In this document: in pieces, positions 42,374-53,600 of the stretch | Numbering within the stretch: the first letter of the stretch is position 1 | How the letters are laid out: every line of letters begins with the position of its first letter | Notes under the pieces: generated by a model | Databases searched by the model: none | Told to the model about the DNA's origin: nothing | What the model saw: the letters and a program-made list of their open reading frames with translations, nothing else | Translations under genes and position numbers: made by a program | DNA from: an uncultured Acidimicrobiia bacterium | Lineage (GTDB): Bacteria > Actinomycetota > Acidimicrobiia > Spongiisociales > DATADW01 | DNA length: 64,000 nucleotides | Assembly (NCBI GenBank): GCA_963826825.1 | Contig: CAWGYV010000005.1 | Location: 10,948-74,947, forward strand | Direction of reading: 5' to 3'

Positions 42374-42990
42374 CCCAGCCAGCCGATGGCGGCCATCCGG
42401 CTTCCGGTGCGCTGGCGGCGATGGGAGAAGAGCCCCGGGTCGTGACCGGTGCAGCGCCCGGCGTCCCAGACATCGAGACCGCCGAGTTGGGCCTTGGCCG
42501 AGGCGACGAGGTCGACGCTCGGTGATCCCCAGGTGGTGGTGGCTTGTTCATGGGGAAATTGCTCGGCTACCTCTTCGCCGACCTCGAAGCAACAGGAACC
42601 GATCGCCGGCCCGATGGCGGCCACCTTCGCCGCGGATCCCGCCTCGTCCATGGCGGTTCGCAGCGCGCCGATCACTCCGGCGGCAAGACCGCGCCATCCG
42701 GCGTGAGCGATCCCGACGATCCCGTCGCCCTCGAGGACCACGGCGGCGCAGTCGGCGGTGAACACCGCAAGCGGCAACCCGGTGACCCGGGTGAACAGGG
42801 CGTCCCCATCGCCTAGCTCACCGGGACGCTTCGCCTCGAGCACCGTGCTGCCGTGGACCTGGTGGAGCGTCGCCCACTCGGTGTCGATCCCCAACTCGGC
42901 GGCGACCGACTCCCGCAAGGCGTGGTCGCTTCGCTGATCGCCCGCCGCCGCCAGGGTGAAAGCTGCTCCGCGGAAGGGGCGCAGGATCAT
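42370..42990 (-). CDS. pgeF: peptidoglycan editing factor PgeF (YfiH/polyphenol oxidase family)
   Basis: Uninterrupted 206-aa ORF with [16 protein letters not shown] and IAHAGWRG blocks, directly downstream of ftsZ. Confidence 0.85.
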   Translation of the reverse strand: MILRPFRGAAFTLAAAGDQRSDHALRESVAAELGIDTEWATLHQVHGSTVLEAKRPGELGDGDALFTRVTGLPLAVFTADCAAVVLEGDGIVGIAHAGWRGLAAGVIGALRTAMDEAGSAAKVAAIGPAIGSCCFEVGEEVAEQFPHEQATTTWGSPSVDLVASAKAQLGGLDVWDAGRCTGHDPGLFSHRRQRTGSRMAAIGWLG

Positions 42991-44039
42991 CCCTGCACGA
43001 ATGCGGGGATCTCGAAGTCGTCCTCATCGCCGGAGGAGAGCACGCCGCTGAGCACGCCACGGGTGCCACGACGGCGCTCGAACCCGGCGGCGATCACGGT
43101 CACCTGCATCTCCTCGCCGCCCATGTCGTCGACGAAGGCGCCAAAGATGATCTCGGCGTCTTCGTCGCAGTGTTCCTTGATGACATTGGCTGCGTTGTTC
43201 ACCTCGTGGAGCGTCATCGTCGCCGGCCCGCTCACCGAGAGAAGCACACCCCGCGCCCCGTCCATCGACGTCTCCAGTAGAGGCGACGAGATCGCCTTGT
43301 TCGCCGCCTGCGTCGCCCGGTCGTCACCGGTCGAACGGCCGATGCCCATCACCGCGGTGCCGGCATCCTGCATCACCGTCTTGACGTCGGCGAAGTCGAC
43401 GTTGATCAACCCGGGGGTGGTGATGAGGTTGGTGATGCCGGCGACACCGGCCATGAGCACCTCGTCGGCGCGGTGAAAGCTCTCGATGATGGAGGACTTC
43501 GGATCGGTGATCTCGAGCAGCTTGTCGTTCGGTATCACGATCAGGGTGTCCACCGCCTCCCGGAGCGCCTGGATCCCCTGCTCGGCCTGGAGGGAACGCC
43601 TCCTGCCTTCGAAGCCGAACGGCCGGGTGACGACCCCCACCGTGAGGGCCCCTAGACCCCGAGCCGCCTCGGCAACCACAGGAGCCCCACCCGTGCCGGT
43701 GCCACCGCCCTCGCCTGCGGTGACGAAAACCATGTCCGCCCCCTTGAGGACCTCCTCGAGTTCCTCGCGGTGCGCTTCCGCTGCGGCCCGGCCGACCTCG
43801 GGGTTGGCGCCGGCGCCGAGCCCCCGGGTGATGTCCCGGCCGAGGTCGAGCTTGATGTCGGCGTCTGACATCAGCAGCGCCTGAGCATCGGTGTTCATGG
43901 CGATGAACTCGACGCCGCGCACTCCGGCATCGATCATCCGATTGACTGCATTGACCCCACCACCGCCGACGCCGACGACCTTGATCACGGCGATGTAGCT
44001 CTGCGGCCGGGTCCCGCTGCTGCTCGATCTGCTCGACAT
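42987..44039 (-). CDS. ftsZ: cell division GTPase FtsZ
   Basis: Uninterrupted 350-aa ORF with [15 protein letters not shown] and the tubulin signature [16 protein letters not shown]. Confidence 0.98.
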   Translation of the reverse strand: MSSRSSSSGTRPQSYIAVIKVVGVGGGGVNAVNRMIDAGVRGVEFIAMNTDAQALLMSDADIKLDLGRDITRGLGAGANPEVGRAAAEAHREELEEVLKGADMVFVTAGEGGGTGTGGAPVVAEAARGLGALTVGVVTRPFGFEGRRRSLQAEQGIQALREAVDTLIVIPNDKLLEITDPKSSIIESFHRADEVLMAGVAGITNLITTPGLINVDFADVKTVMQDAGTAVMGIGRSTGDDRATQAANKAISSPLLETSMDGARGVLLSVSGPATMTLHEVNNAANVIKEHCDEDAEIIFGAFVDDMGGEEMQVTVIAAGFERRRGTRGVLSGVLSSGDEDDFEIPAFVQG

Positions 44040-44241
44040 CGGTTGTCCTTTCCGGGCCTGGAGAGAAATCTCCGCGCCCCCGTGGGATCGGTTGGCCTCT
44101 TGGCCAGGGCATCGGGACCGGCTCCACCCTCGCCATCTCAGCCGATGACGTTTCCCTTGCCTTCACCCTCGACTACAGCGTTACACAGATGGCCACACCG
44201 TGGCAAGAGGGGTACGCTCACCTTGTAGTGGACGTTGAAGC

Positions 44242-45026
44242 TTAGCCGGTGGCGGACTGAGCTTGCTCGGAGTATCCACGGGGAAGCCGGACCGCGGGGT
44301 GAGATGGTGAGATCACGGTGATGATCGACCCCGGTGGGACATCACCCATCACAGCGCTCAGCGCAGCGGCCTTAGCCCGCATCTCCTCCGCCGACCCGAG
44401 GCGCGCCTGTATCCCCTCGAATCGGGCCCACAACTCCCCGCGGACCTCCCGAAGTGTGATGCCGCCCCGATGACGCGGCGGGAATGCGGCGAGGAACGCG
44501 GCGGCGCCGCGCACCATCTCCTCGGGGTGACGCTCCCCTAGCACCGGGTCGGCGACCGGGATGGAGATCAACCCGTGATTGCCCGCACCGGGGCCGTCGC
44601 TCGACTCCACGGGGACACCGCCAGCGGACAAGAGGAGCCATCCGTCATCGGTGCGCGCCCAACCCGACCGGCTCCCGCTCGCGCACCTCGACCTCGAGGG
44701 TGTCGGGGAAGCGGACGGTGGCGATCGCCTCGGCGACCCATGGATCCTGCTCGAGGGCCGCTTCCACCTCGCCGGGCCTGATCGTCACCAGCGGGCGACC
44801 CTTGACGAAACCCGCCTCGGCCATCAGCCGGCGGACGGGAGCCTGGTCGTGCCCCATCCACCCTGATCGCCCGAACCGACAGAAACGGGGACTGCAGCGC
44901 CCACGCCACCACACCGGCGATGACCCCCGTCATCAAGAGCAGCACCAGTCGCCGCACCCGCCGGCGGGCGTGGGTCTCCGCCACCTGCCGTCGCCGCCGG
45001 GCGATCCGGGGGTCGAGCACGGTCAT
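44242..45026 (-). CDS. ftsQ: cell division protein FtsQ (POTRA domain), two frame changes
   Basis: MTVLDPRIARRRRQV plus a TM segment are in ORF 44568..45101. The POTRA-like part is in ORF 44645..44914 and the C-part in ORF 44242..44631. The ATG overlaps the murB stop (ATGA). Confidence 0.65.
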
Positions 45027-45962
45027 CGCCCACCACCGTCTGCTGGTTGGTCGGGAGAGGGTGCGAACTCCCCGGCGAAACGGACCTCGGGGCGGAGCCA
45101 AACACCGGTGGTCTCACCGACGCGGCGGCGGACCGCCCAGACGAGGTCGTGGACGTCCTGGGCGGTGGCCTCGGGCCCGGCAACGAAGAAGTTGGCGTGC
45201 TTGGTCGAGACCGATGCCCCCCCGACCGTGAAACCCTTCAGCCCGAGCTGATCGATGATCCGCCCGGCGGTGTCGCCCGGTGGGTTGGCGAAGACGCTTC
45301 CGGCGTTGAGCGTGCCTCCGGGTTGATGGAGCCGCCTCCACCGGGTTACCTCGCGCATCTCCGCTTCGGCCGCGGCGGCCGTCCCGGGCTCGGTGTGGAA
45401 GCGTGCACTGACGACGACATCGGTCGGAGCCAAGGCGGAGACGCGGTAGCCGAGCCCGAGCGATCCGGCTCGGCGTTCATCGGCGGTCCCGGCGACGGTG
45501 TCGACCACTCGGGCCGAGACCAGGACGTCGACCGTCTCCCGTCCGTGGCACCCGGCGTTCATCCGCACCGCCCCGCCAACCGAGCCGGGAACCCCGACGA
45601 AGAACTCCAGTCCGGTGCGGCCCGACCGCGCCGCATGGCGAGCAACCACCGGGAGCGATGCACCCGCCCCCGCCGAGACTTCTCCAGACCGTTCGAGATC
45701 GACGGAAGCGAGCCCACCCGCCAGCCGGATCACGATGCCGTCGAAGCCGGAATCGGCGATCACCAGATTGGATCCGCGCCCCAGGACGAGCAACTCGACA
45801 CCGGCGACGGCGGCGGCGCTTCCGGCGCCGATCACGTCCTCCTCGGACGGTGGCCTCGACCAGCCAGCGGGCGGGTCCGCCCAACTTGTAGGTGGTCAAC
45901 GGGGCCAGTTCGACGTTCGGGCGTGCTCGCCCCGAGCAGACGAGAGCATCGAGCGTGTCCAT
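45023..45962 (-). CDS. murB: UDP-N-acetylenolpyruvoylglucosamine reductase (one frame change near 45840)
   Basis: MDTLDALV...LAPLTTYKLGGPARWLVE is in ORF 45477..46307. LVLGRGSNLVIADSGFDG and ...GGASVSTKHANFFV are in ORF 45023..45835. Confidence 0.85.
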
Positions 45963-47386
45963 CACCGTCCCCACCGCTCCACGAGGAGCGGCACCAGTTC
46001 GTCGGGGAGCGATGTGATGTCGCCCGCCCCCATCGTCACCACCAGATCTCCGGGTTCGACTGCGGAAGCCAGGAAGCCCGCCAGGTCGGCGCGGTGTGGG
46101 AGATAGTCCACCGTCGCCGGGACCGATCGGCGGGCGGCGGCGGCCACCAATTCGCCGGTGACGCCGGGGATTGGCGCTTCGCGGGCCGGGAACACGTCGG
46201 TGACCACCACCCGGTCGGCGAGGGCGAATGCGGCGCCGAACTGGTCGTGGAGCGCCAGCGTCCGGCTGAAGAGATGGGGCTGGAAGACGGCCCAAACCCG
46301 CCGCCACGGACCGCGTCTTGCCGCAGAGAGCGTCGCCGCGACCTCGGTGGGATGGTGGGCGTAATCATCGATCAAGGTCACTCCCCCAACCTCACCGCGA
46401 ACCTCGAACCGACGGCGGACCCCGGCGAATTTCCTGAAGCTGGCGGCGGCGGCGGCAACGTCCATTCCGAGCGTGCCGATCAGGGCGAGCGCTCCAGCCG
46501 CGTTGCGCGCCATGTGGGCACCTGGTCGGCCCACCTCCACCTCGACGATCGAGTCGGGGCCGACCAGCCGGAACGACACCGAGGTCGCGGCCTCCTCGAC
46601 GTGCTCGATCCGCCACACGGCGTCGGGTGCAGTCCCGTAGGTGGCGACGCCGGTGGCGTCGGCGAGCCGTCGGCCGCCGGGATCGTCTATCCCCACCAAC
46701 ACCGGTCCCCGCACACCGTCGACGACCGAGACGAACGCTTCCTCCAGGGCGGCGATGTCGCCGTAGTGCTCGAGGTGCTCTGCGTCGACGTTGGTGACCA
46801 TGAGCGCCACGAGGTCGAGGTGGAGGAAAGTGCCGAACGCCTCGTCTGCCTCGAGCACGAAGAGACCGGTCTCCCCGAGATGGGCGTTGGTCCGCTGGTC
46901 GACCAGATCCCCGCCAACCACGAATGACGGGTCACGGCCCATTGCCCGAAGCGCTGTCACCAGGAGGGCCGTCGACGAGGTCTTGCCGTGGGTCCCGGTG
47001 ACGCCGATGGCGGGCATGACCGCGGTGAGCGCCCCGAGCAATTGGGGGCGCTGCCAAACCGTCACGCCGGCGGCTTGCGCCGCGACCAACTCGGGATCGG
47101 TGGCGGGAACCGCCGACGAAGCCACGACCAGATCGACGCCGACGACCGACTGGGGCACGCTCCCGGCCCACACCTCTATCCCAAGGTCGGACAGGTCGGC
47201 CAGCGCCGGCGAATGCTTCATGTCGGAGCCGGTGACGGTGCGTCCCTGTTGAAAGAGCAGCTTGGCGAGGGCACTCATCCCTGCCCCGCCCGCCCCCACG
47301 AGGTGGATATGGGTAGCGCCCGCCAACACGTCTCCCGGGCGGCGCGGATCGGGCTCATCCATGCGCGGCCATGAGTGCGGCGGCAA
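45962..47386 (-). CDS. murC: UDP-N-acetylmuramate--L-alanine ligase
   Basis: Uninterrupted 474-aa ORF with HLVGAGGAGMSALA, GVTGTHGKTSST and DDYAHHPTEV. Confidence 0.95.
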   Translation of the reverse strand: MPPHSWPRMDEPDPRRPGDVLAGATHIHLVGAGGAGMSALAKLLFQQGRTVTGSDMKHSPALADLSDLGIEVWAGSVPQSVVGVDLVVASSAVPATDPELVAAQAAGVTVWQRPQLLGALTAVMPAIGVTGTHGKTSSTALLVTALRAMGRDPSFVVGGDLVDQRTNAHLGETGLFVLEADEAFGTFLHLDLVALMVTNVDAEHLEHYGDIAALEEAFVSVVDGVRGPVLVGIDDPGGRRLADATGVATYGTAPDAVWRIEHVEEAATSVSFRLVGPDSIVEVEVGRPGAHMARNAAGALALIGTLGMDVAAAAASFRKFAGVRRRFEVRGEVGGVTLIDDYAHHPTEVAATLSAARRGPWRRVWAVFQPHLFSRTLALHDQFGAAFALADRVVVTDVFPAREAPIPGVTGELVAAAARRSVPATVDYLPHRADLAGFLASAVEPGDLVVTMGAGDITSLPDELVPLLVERWGR

Positions 47387-48441
47387 TCTCGTCGGCGGCG
47401 CCGGGGCGTGCCATGCCGAGCGCCGCCGCGGCCATTCGCCCCCGCTCTGCCCGGTCGGCTATCAGCTCCTCGATCACCTTCGCCAGCTCCCCGATCTGCT
47501 CCTCGTTCACCACCCGGGCGGAGCCGGCGCCGGCCAGAGCGGCCGCATTGGCCGCTTGATGACCGCTCGACCCGAACCCTCCGGGGATGAGCACCGCCGG
47601 GGTCCCGGTAGCGGTGAGCTCGGCGACCGAACCGCCGGCGCGGGCAACCACCAGATCGCTCGCGGCGAGAACGTACTGGATCGCCGGCTCGAACCCGAGG
47701 ACCACCCAGCGAACAGGGCCGGCGTACCGGGACCGAGCCGTCGACACCTCTTCCAGGTTCGACTCCCCGGCGAGATGGAGAAGCTGAAACTCGGGACCCG
47801 ACCAGTCCCCGATCATCTCGACGACCGCCTGATTGATCCTTGCCGACCCGAGGCTCCCCCCGACCACACCGACCACCGGGACACCCGCGTCGAGCCCATA
47901 GCGGACCAACGCCTCCGGGCGGAGGGTCTCCCTGTCGAACGAGGCCAGCGGACGACGGATGGGGTTGCCAACCCAGCGACCGTTGCGCGAGACCGGTGGT
48001 GGCGGGGAACGAGGTGAAAGACTCGACCGCCCAGCGTGATGACACCCGGTTGCCCAGACCGGCGTCTGCGTTCTGCTCGGCCACGAAGAGGGGCAGGCGG
48101 CGGCGGCGTGCCGCCCACGCGGTGGGGAGCGTCACGTACCCGCCCATGCCGAGGACAACCCGCACTTGGCGGGCCTCCATCTCGTTGCCGATGGCGCCGG
48201 CAGCCGACCGGACCACCTGAGGGATTGCCAGGTTGCGCCTGGTCATTCGCCGCTCCAGCCCGCGCAATGGCACGGCGAAGAACGGGTAGCCCGCCGCCGG
48301 ATAGACACTCGACTCGAGCCGGTCCCCGCCGACAAAGCTGACCTCCTCGCGGGACACACCTGCCTCCACCAAGGCCTCCCCCACCGCCAATCCCGGGTAC
48401 ACATGCCCGCCGGTGCCGGCGGCGGCGATCAGGTAGCTCAT
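47355..48441 (-). CDS. murG: undecaprenyldiphospho-muramoylpentapeptide beta-N-acetylglucosaminyltransferase (one frame change near 47950)
   Basis: MSYLIAAAGTGGHVYPGLAV is in ORF 47275..48441. The C-half, with ARAGGSVAELTATGTPAVLIP, is in ORF 47355..47909. Confidence 0.9.
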
Positions 48442-49638
48442 GACCGCCCAGCAGAAGGAGCTGCCCCCCGGTTAGTAGCGCGCCGAGGACCGCCGTGGCG
48501 GGCGATGTTGACCAGGACCCCGGCCGCCGCCATGCAGCTGATGATGGCCGTGGACCCGAACGAGACGAACGGGAGGGGTATCCCGGTGATGGGGAGCAGC
48601 CCGATCACACCACCGAGATTGACCAGCGCCTGGGTGCCGAGCCATGCGGTCAACCCGACCGCAATCAGCCGGCCGAACCGGTCCGAGGCCCGCAACGACA
48701 CCGCCACCCCGAGCAGGGTGAGGAAGGCGAAAAGGAGGAGCACGACGACGCCGCCGAGGAAACCGGTCTCCTCACCGATGATGGCGAAGATGAAGTCACT
48801 GTGGGCGTTGGGGAGGAACAGCCACCGCGCCCTGCTGGCGCCAAGGCCCACTCCGAAGGTGCCGCCTGTCCCCAGAGCCAGGTAGCTCTGGATCAACTGG
48901 TAGCCGTCGCCCAGCGGGTCGGCGAACGGGTTGAGGAAGGAGGTGAGGCGCGCCCGCCTGTACGGCTCGATCAACGCCAGGGCCGTCGTCGCCGCCACCG
49001 CCGAGACGCCGACGAAAGCCACATAGCGCAACGGCGCCGCCGAAGCCGCCAGGACGGCCATGGTGGCGGCCCCCACGATGATCGAGGTGCCCAAGTCGGG
49101 CTGGAGCATCAGGAGCAGCCCGACCGTCCCCACGATCGCCGCAACCGGGACGACGAAGTGGCCGAAGTCGAGGAGCAGCGACTGCTTCTTGACCAGCAGA
49201 GCCGCCAAGAGGATGACCACGGCGAATTTGGCCAACTCGGACGGCTGGAAGCTCAACGGTCCCAATGGCAGCCATCGCGTTGCGCCGTAGATCCTTGTCC
49301 CCACCACGAGCACCGCCACCAGGAGCGCCGTCGTCACGAGGAAGATCGGCCAGGCGAGATCGCCGGTAGACCCGGTAGGGGATGAGCGATGTCGCCACCA
49401 GCGCCACCACGCCGATCCCCACCCCAATCGCCTGTCGTTTGAAGAAGTAGAGGCCGTCCTGCGCCTGCTCCAGCCCGGCCACCGACGACGCCGAGAGCGT
49501 GGCGCCCAGACCGACGACGGTGAGCACGCCGACGACGACGATGATGCCCACTTGCAGCCTGGTGTTGGCCACCGAACGCTGCGCTCTGCCTCGCGCCTCC
49601 GCCCTCGCCCGGACGATCGATGTGACATTGGCGGTCAT
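48438..49638 (-). CDS. ftsW: peptidoglycan glycosyltransferase FtsW (SEDS family), one frame change near 49350
   Basis: The N-terminus is in ORF 48796..49638 and the remainder in ORF 48438..49628 (SFQPSELAKF, PNAHSDFIFAIIGEETG). Confidence 0.9.
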
Positions 49639-50965
49639 CGGCTCCTCCCGGTTGCCGTGCTGCCCTCGGTCGCCGAATGGAGCGAACGCACCTCGTCGGC
49701 GAACACCTCGCCACGATGGGCGTACGAGTCGAACATGTCGAAGCTGGCCCCACCGGGCGCGAGCAGGACGACGTCGCCGGCGGCTGCCGCCTCGTCGGCG
49801 AGCCGAACCGCCTCGGCCATGTCCGCTGCCCAGACGCCAACGCCGGGGGGTGCGGCATCGAGAAGAGTGGGGGCCGACTCACCGATCGCCACCAGTCGAC
49901 GGAGGTGGGGGTGCTGGGCAAGGGGGGCGAGGTCGAGGCCCTTGCTCCTGCCGCCGGCGATGAGGACGACCGAGGGATATGCCTCGAGAGCCGCACCGGG
50001 CGGCGTGGGGGTTGGTCGCCTTGGAGTCGTCCACCCAGGTGATCACCGGCCCACACGCCAACCACCTCGCGGCGGTGCGCGTCCCGGACGGAACTCGGAG
50101 GCGGAGGCAACGATCGCATCCGGTTTGGCACCAGCGGCGAGGGCGGCGGCGCCCGCCGCGGCGATGTCGAGGAGGTACGCCGGGTCTCCCACAGCCAATC
50201 CGGTGAGCGGGACCTCGATGCCGTCGATGGCCAGCATGCGCGTCCGCCACCCCCACCCCACCGTCGGGGAGGCGGCGTCCGCTGGCAGGGACGAGCCGGG
50301 CACCGGCCGACTCGGCCAGTGCCGACGCACCCGGGTCGTCGGCGTCGTAGACCAAGACCTGCTCAGGGCCCTGGTTGGCAAAGATGCGCGCCTTCGCCGC
50401 GGTGTACGCGTGGATCGAGCCGTGCCAGTCGAGGTGGTCTGGCGCAACGTTGAGCAGCACCGCAACCTCGGGACGGAACCGCTCGGTGAATCGCAATTGG
50501 AAGCTGGAGACCTCGACCACGACGACCTCCCAGGCGCCGCCTGACCACATCGGACAGGGCGGTCCCGATGTTCCCCGCCGCCACCGTCGCCACCCCGCTG
50601 CGGCCCAGCATGTCTGCGATCAGCGTGGTGACCGTCGTCTTGCCGTTGGTCCCGGTGACCGCCACCACCGGCACCTCCAGTTGACGCCAGGCGAACTCGA
50701 CCTCGCTCCATAGCGGCACGCGCGACTCGAGTGTCTCCACGATGGGCAGGGCACTCTCCTGGATTCCGGGGCTGACCACCACCAGATCCACGCCTTCGAG
50801 CAGATCGGCGTTCCACGAGCCACCCACCGCGGGTATCCCCTCGGAGGTGAGGCTTGCCGCCGCAGCCGGATCGGCATCCCACACCGTCACCCGTTGACCG
50901 GCGCGGATGGCGAGCCGCGCCGCCGCCCGTCCGGAGACCGCTGCGCCGAGTACCAGGGTCCTCAT
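49635..50965 (-). CDS. murD: UDP-N-acetylmuramoylalanine--D-glutamate ligase (at least two frame changes)
   Basis: MRTLVLGAAVSG and VAVTGTNGKTTVTT are in ORF 50363..51148. The middle is in ORF 49879..50550 and the tail LLAPGGASFDMFDSYAHRGEVF in ORF 49635..49892. Confidence 0.9.
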
Positions 50966-51008
50966 CGTGAGCAACCCCGGCTCGCCGCTCCGGTGCCGAT
51001 GCCGCCGT

Positions 51009-52086
51009 TCACAACTCGGACCCTGACGCGATGGTCGAATAGACCAGGAAGTCGGTGTAGAAGAGCCCCAATCCGAGGGCGACCCCGACGCCGGCGAGGA
51101 TCCAGAACCGGACCACGATGGTCGTCTCCGGCCACCCCTTGAGGTCATAGTGGAAGTGGATCGGGGCCATGCGGAAGATCCGCCTTCCGAACAGCCTGAA
51201 GCTGGCGACCTGGAGCATCACCGAGAGCGTCTCGGCCACATAGAGGCCACCCACCACGAGGAGGAGCAGTTGGGTGCTGGTGAGCAGCGCCAGGGCGCCC
51301 AGCAGCCCGCCGATCGCCTGCGACCCGAGGTCCCCCATGAAGATCTTGGCCGGGGCGGCGTTCCACCAGAGGAACCCGAGCAGTGCCCCCACCATCGCAG
51401 TTGCGATCTCGCCCAGGTCGAGCGGTGTCGAGGCGGTGGGGAAGAAGTTGTAGAAGACAGGGTGGCGGAACTGCCAGAAGGCGATGATGGTGAAGGCGCC
51501 GAACACCAGCGCCGCCGAGCCCGCGGCGAGCCCGTCCATGCCGTCGGCCAGGTTGACCCCGTTGGCCGCTCCCGACAGCATCACCAGCACCCAGATGAAG
51601 AAGAAGCCGCCGAGGGCGATCCCCAGCGGCCGAACGAAACTCAGTTCGGTGTTGACCCCGGCCGACTGGGCGCCCCAGGCGAAGAGGGCGGCAACCGCGG
51701 CCTGACCGGCGAACTTGGCTCGCTTGTTGAGCCCCAGGCTGCGTTGCCTGGTGTGCTTGATGACATCGTCGAGGAACCCGAGGAGCCCCATGCGCGAGAA
51801 AGACGCCTATGGCGAGAAGCCCGACGGGCTGGAGCGGCAGAAACTCCACACCAAATCCGGCCCCGGGGTTCCACAACCGGACATGGGCAGCCAGGTAGCC
51901 GACGACCACCGCGATCACCATCACCACACCACCCATGGTCGGCGTGCCCTGCTTGTGGGCGTGGCCCTCGATCTCCTCCTGGATGAACTGGCCGATGCGG
52001 GCGCGCCGGAGGACACGGATGGCGAAGGGCATGGTGAACAGCACGATGAACATCGAGACCGCTCCGGCGACGAGAAGCCCGATCAC
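51009..52086 (-). CDS. mraY: phospho-N-acetylmuramoyl-pentapeptide transferase (one frame change near 51790)
   Basis: HKQGTPTMGG is in ORF 51145..52086. GFLDDVIK, NLADGMDGLA and APIHFHY are in ORF 51009..51791. The GTG start overlaps the murE stop (GTGA). Confidence 0.92.
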
Positions 52087-53600
52087 CGACCCACCCCCGC
52101 CGGGTGACGCGGCGCTTCTTCTTGCCGCGGGTACCCGAGTGCTCCAAGTTCCTCGGCGGCCACCTGAAGGTCATCGAAAGGATGGACCACGCCGGCGAGG
52201 TCCTGTCCGGTCTCGTGCCCTTTGCCCAGGATGAGAATGGCATCGCCTGGCCCGGCGGTGGCCAGGGCGTGGCGAATGGCCAGCCGTCGATCCGGCTCCA
52301 CTACCCAACCGGCTTGATCGTCCACGCCCCGAAGAACCTCGGCGATGATCGCCCCGGGGTCCTCGGAGCGTGGGTTGTCCGAGGTGAGCGACGACGCGGT
52401 CGGCTGACGATGCCGCCTGACCCATCAAAGGGCGTTTTGCCCGGTCACGGTCACCGCCCGCCCCGAACACGACGACGACCGCACCATCGGTGAGCCCTCG
52501 AGCAGCCGTCACCGCCTCCTCGATGCTCGCCGGGGTGTGGGCGTAGTCGACCACGACCTCGAATGGCTGGCCGTAGAGCACCCGCTCGAACCGGCCGGGG
52601 ATCACCGGGCAAGCCGCCAACCCGGTGGCGATCGGCATCGAGATCGATGTCGAGTTGGAGAGCGATCGCCGCCGCTATCAGAGCGTTGGCGAGGTTGAAG
52701 CGGCCCCGAAGAGGGAGAGCGACTTCTCTGTTCCCGGTCGGAGTCACCAGGGTGAACTCGATCCCCTCCCACGTCGGACTCGACACGTTCGGCGTGGACC
52801 TCACCGGTGCCGGCACCTACCTCGACGACGGGAAGCGCCGTCGACTCCGCAAGACGGGCACCCGCCGGGTCGTCGATCCAAATGACGCCGCAGCGGGCCC
52901 GCCCTGGTTCGAAGAGGCGCGCCTTGGCTTGGAAGTAGCTCTCCATGTCGCCGTGGAAGTCGAGGTGATCCTGGCTCAGGTTGGTAAACGCCACCACCTC
53001 GAACCGAGTGCCCTCCACCCTGCCCAGAGCCAGCGCATGCGAAGAGACCTCGAGGGCGGAGACCTCGACCCCGGCGTCGACCATCTCGGCAAGGAGACGC
53101 TGCAGGTCGTCGGCCTCGGGAGTCGTCCTCTCCAGCTTGACCGGCCGGCCCGTGATCCAGGCACCCGTCGTCCCGATGATCCCGCTCCGCCTTCCCGCGG
53201 CGTTGACGATCGCATCGAGCAGATAGGTCACAGTTGTCTTGCCGTTTGTTCCGGTCACCCCGACCACCCGCAGTCTCTCCGAGGGGTTGCCGGCTACCGC
53301 CGCCGCCAGTGGCCCCAGAACGGCGCGCCCCGACGTGACCATTAGCTGTGGCGTCTGTACCGGGAGCAGGCGCTCAACGGCCACCGCCACTGCCCCACCG
53401 GCGGCGGCGGCATCGGCGAATGCGTGCCCGTCGCTGCTGAACCCGGGGATGGCGACGAACAACGAGCCGGTGGTTGCCGAACGGCTGTCGTGGACTATCG
53501 AGGTGATCACCGGGTCGTCGTCGTCGCCAGTTTCGGCAGGGACCACGGTGCCCCCGACGAGCGCGGCGAGCGCCGAGAGAGGCATCGGGTCAATCCCCAT
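52083..53600 (-). CDS. murE: UDP-N-acetylmuramoyl-L-alanyl-D-glutamate--2,6-diaminopimelate ligase (at least three frame changes)
   Basis: VGVTGTNGKTTVTYLL, TTPEADDLQRLL and EVSSHAL are in ORF 52602..53600. Own translation recovers LTSDNPRSEDP (the DNPR motif of DAP-adding MurE) near 52340-52375. Confidence 0.9.

Noticed and set aside
45047-46927. 626-aa plus-strand ORF
   Set aside because: It is antisense to murB and the intact murC, has no recognisable motifs and has an R/G/P-rich composition. It is a shadow ORF of high-GC coding DNA. The same applies to ORFs 10239..11648(+) opposite trpB, 804..1538(+) opposite cpaF, 6515..7993(+) opposite polA and 25387..26445(-) opposite the ArsA-like genes.
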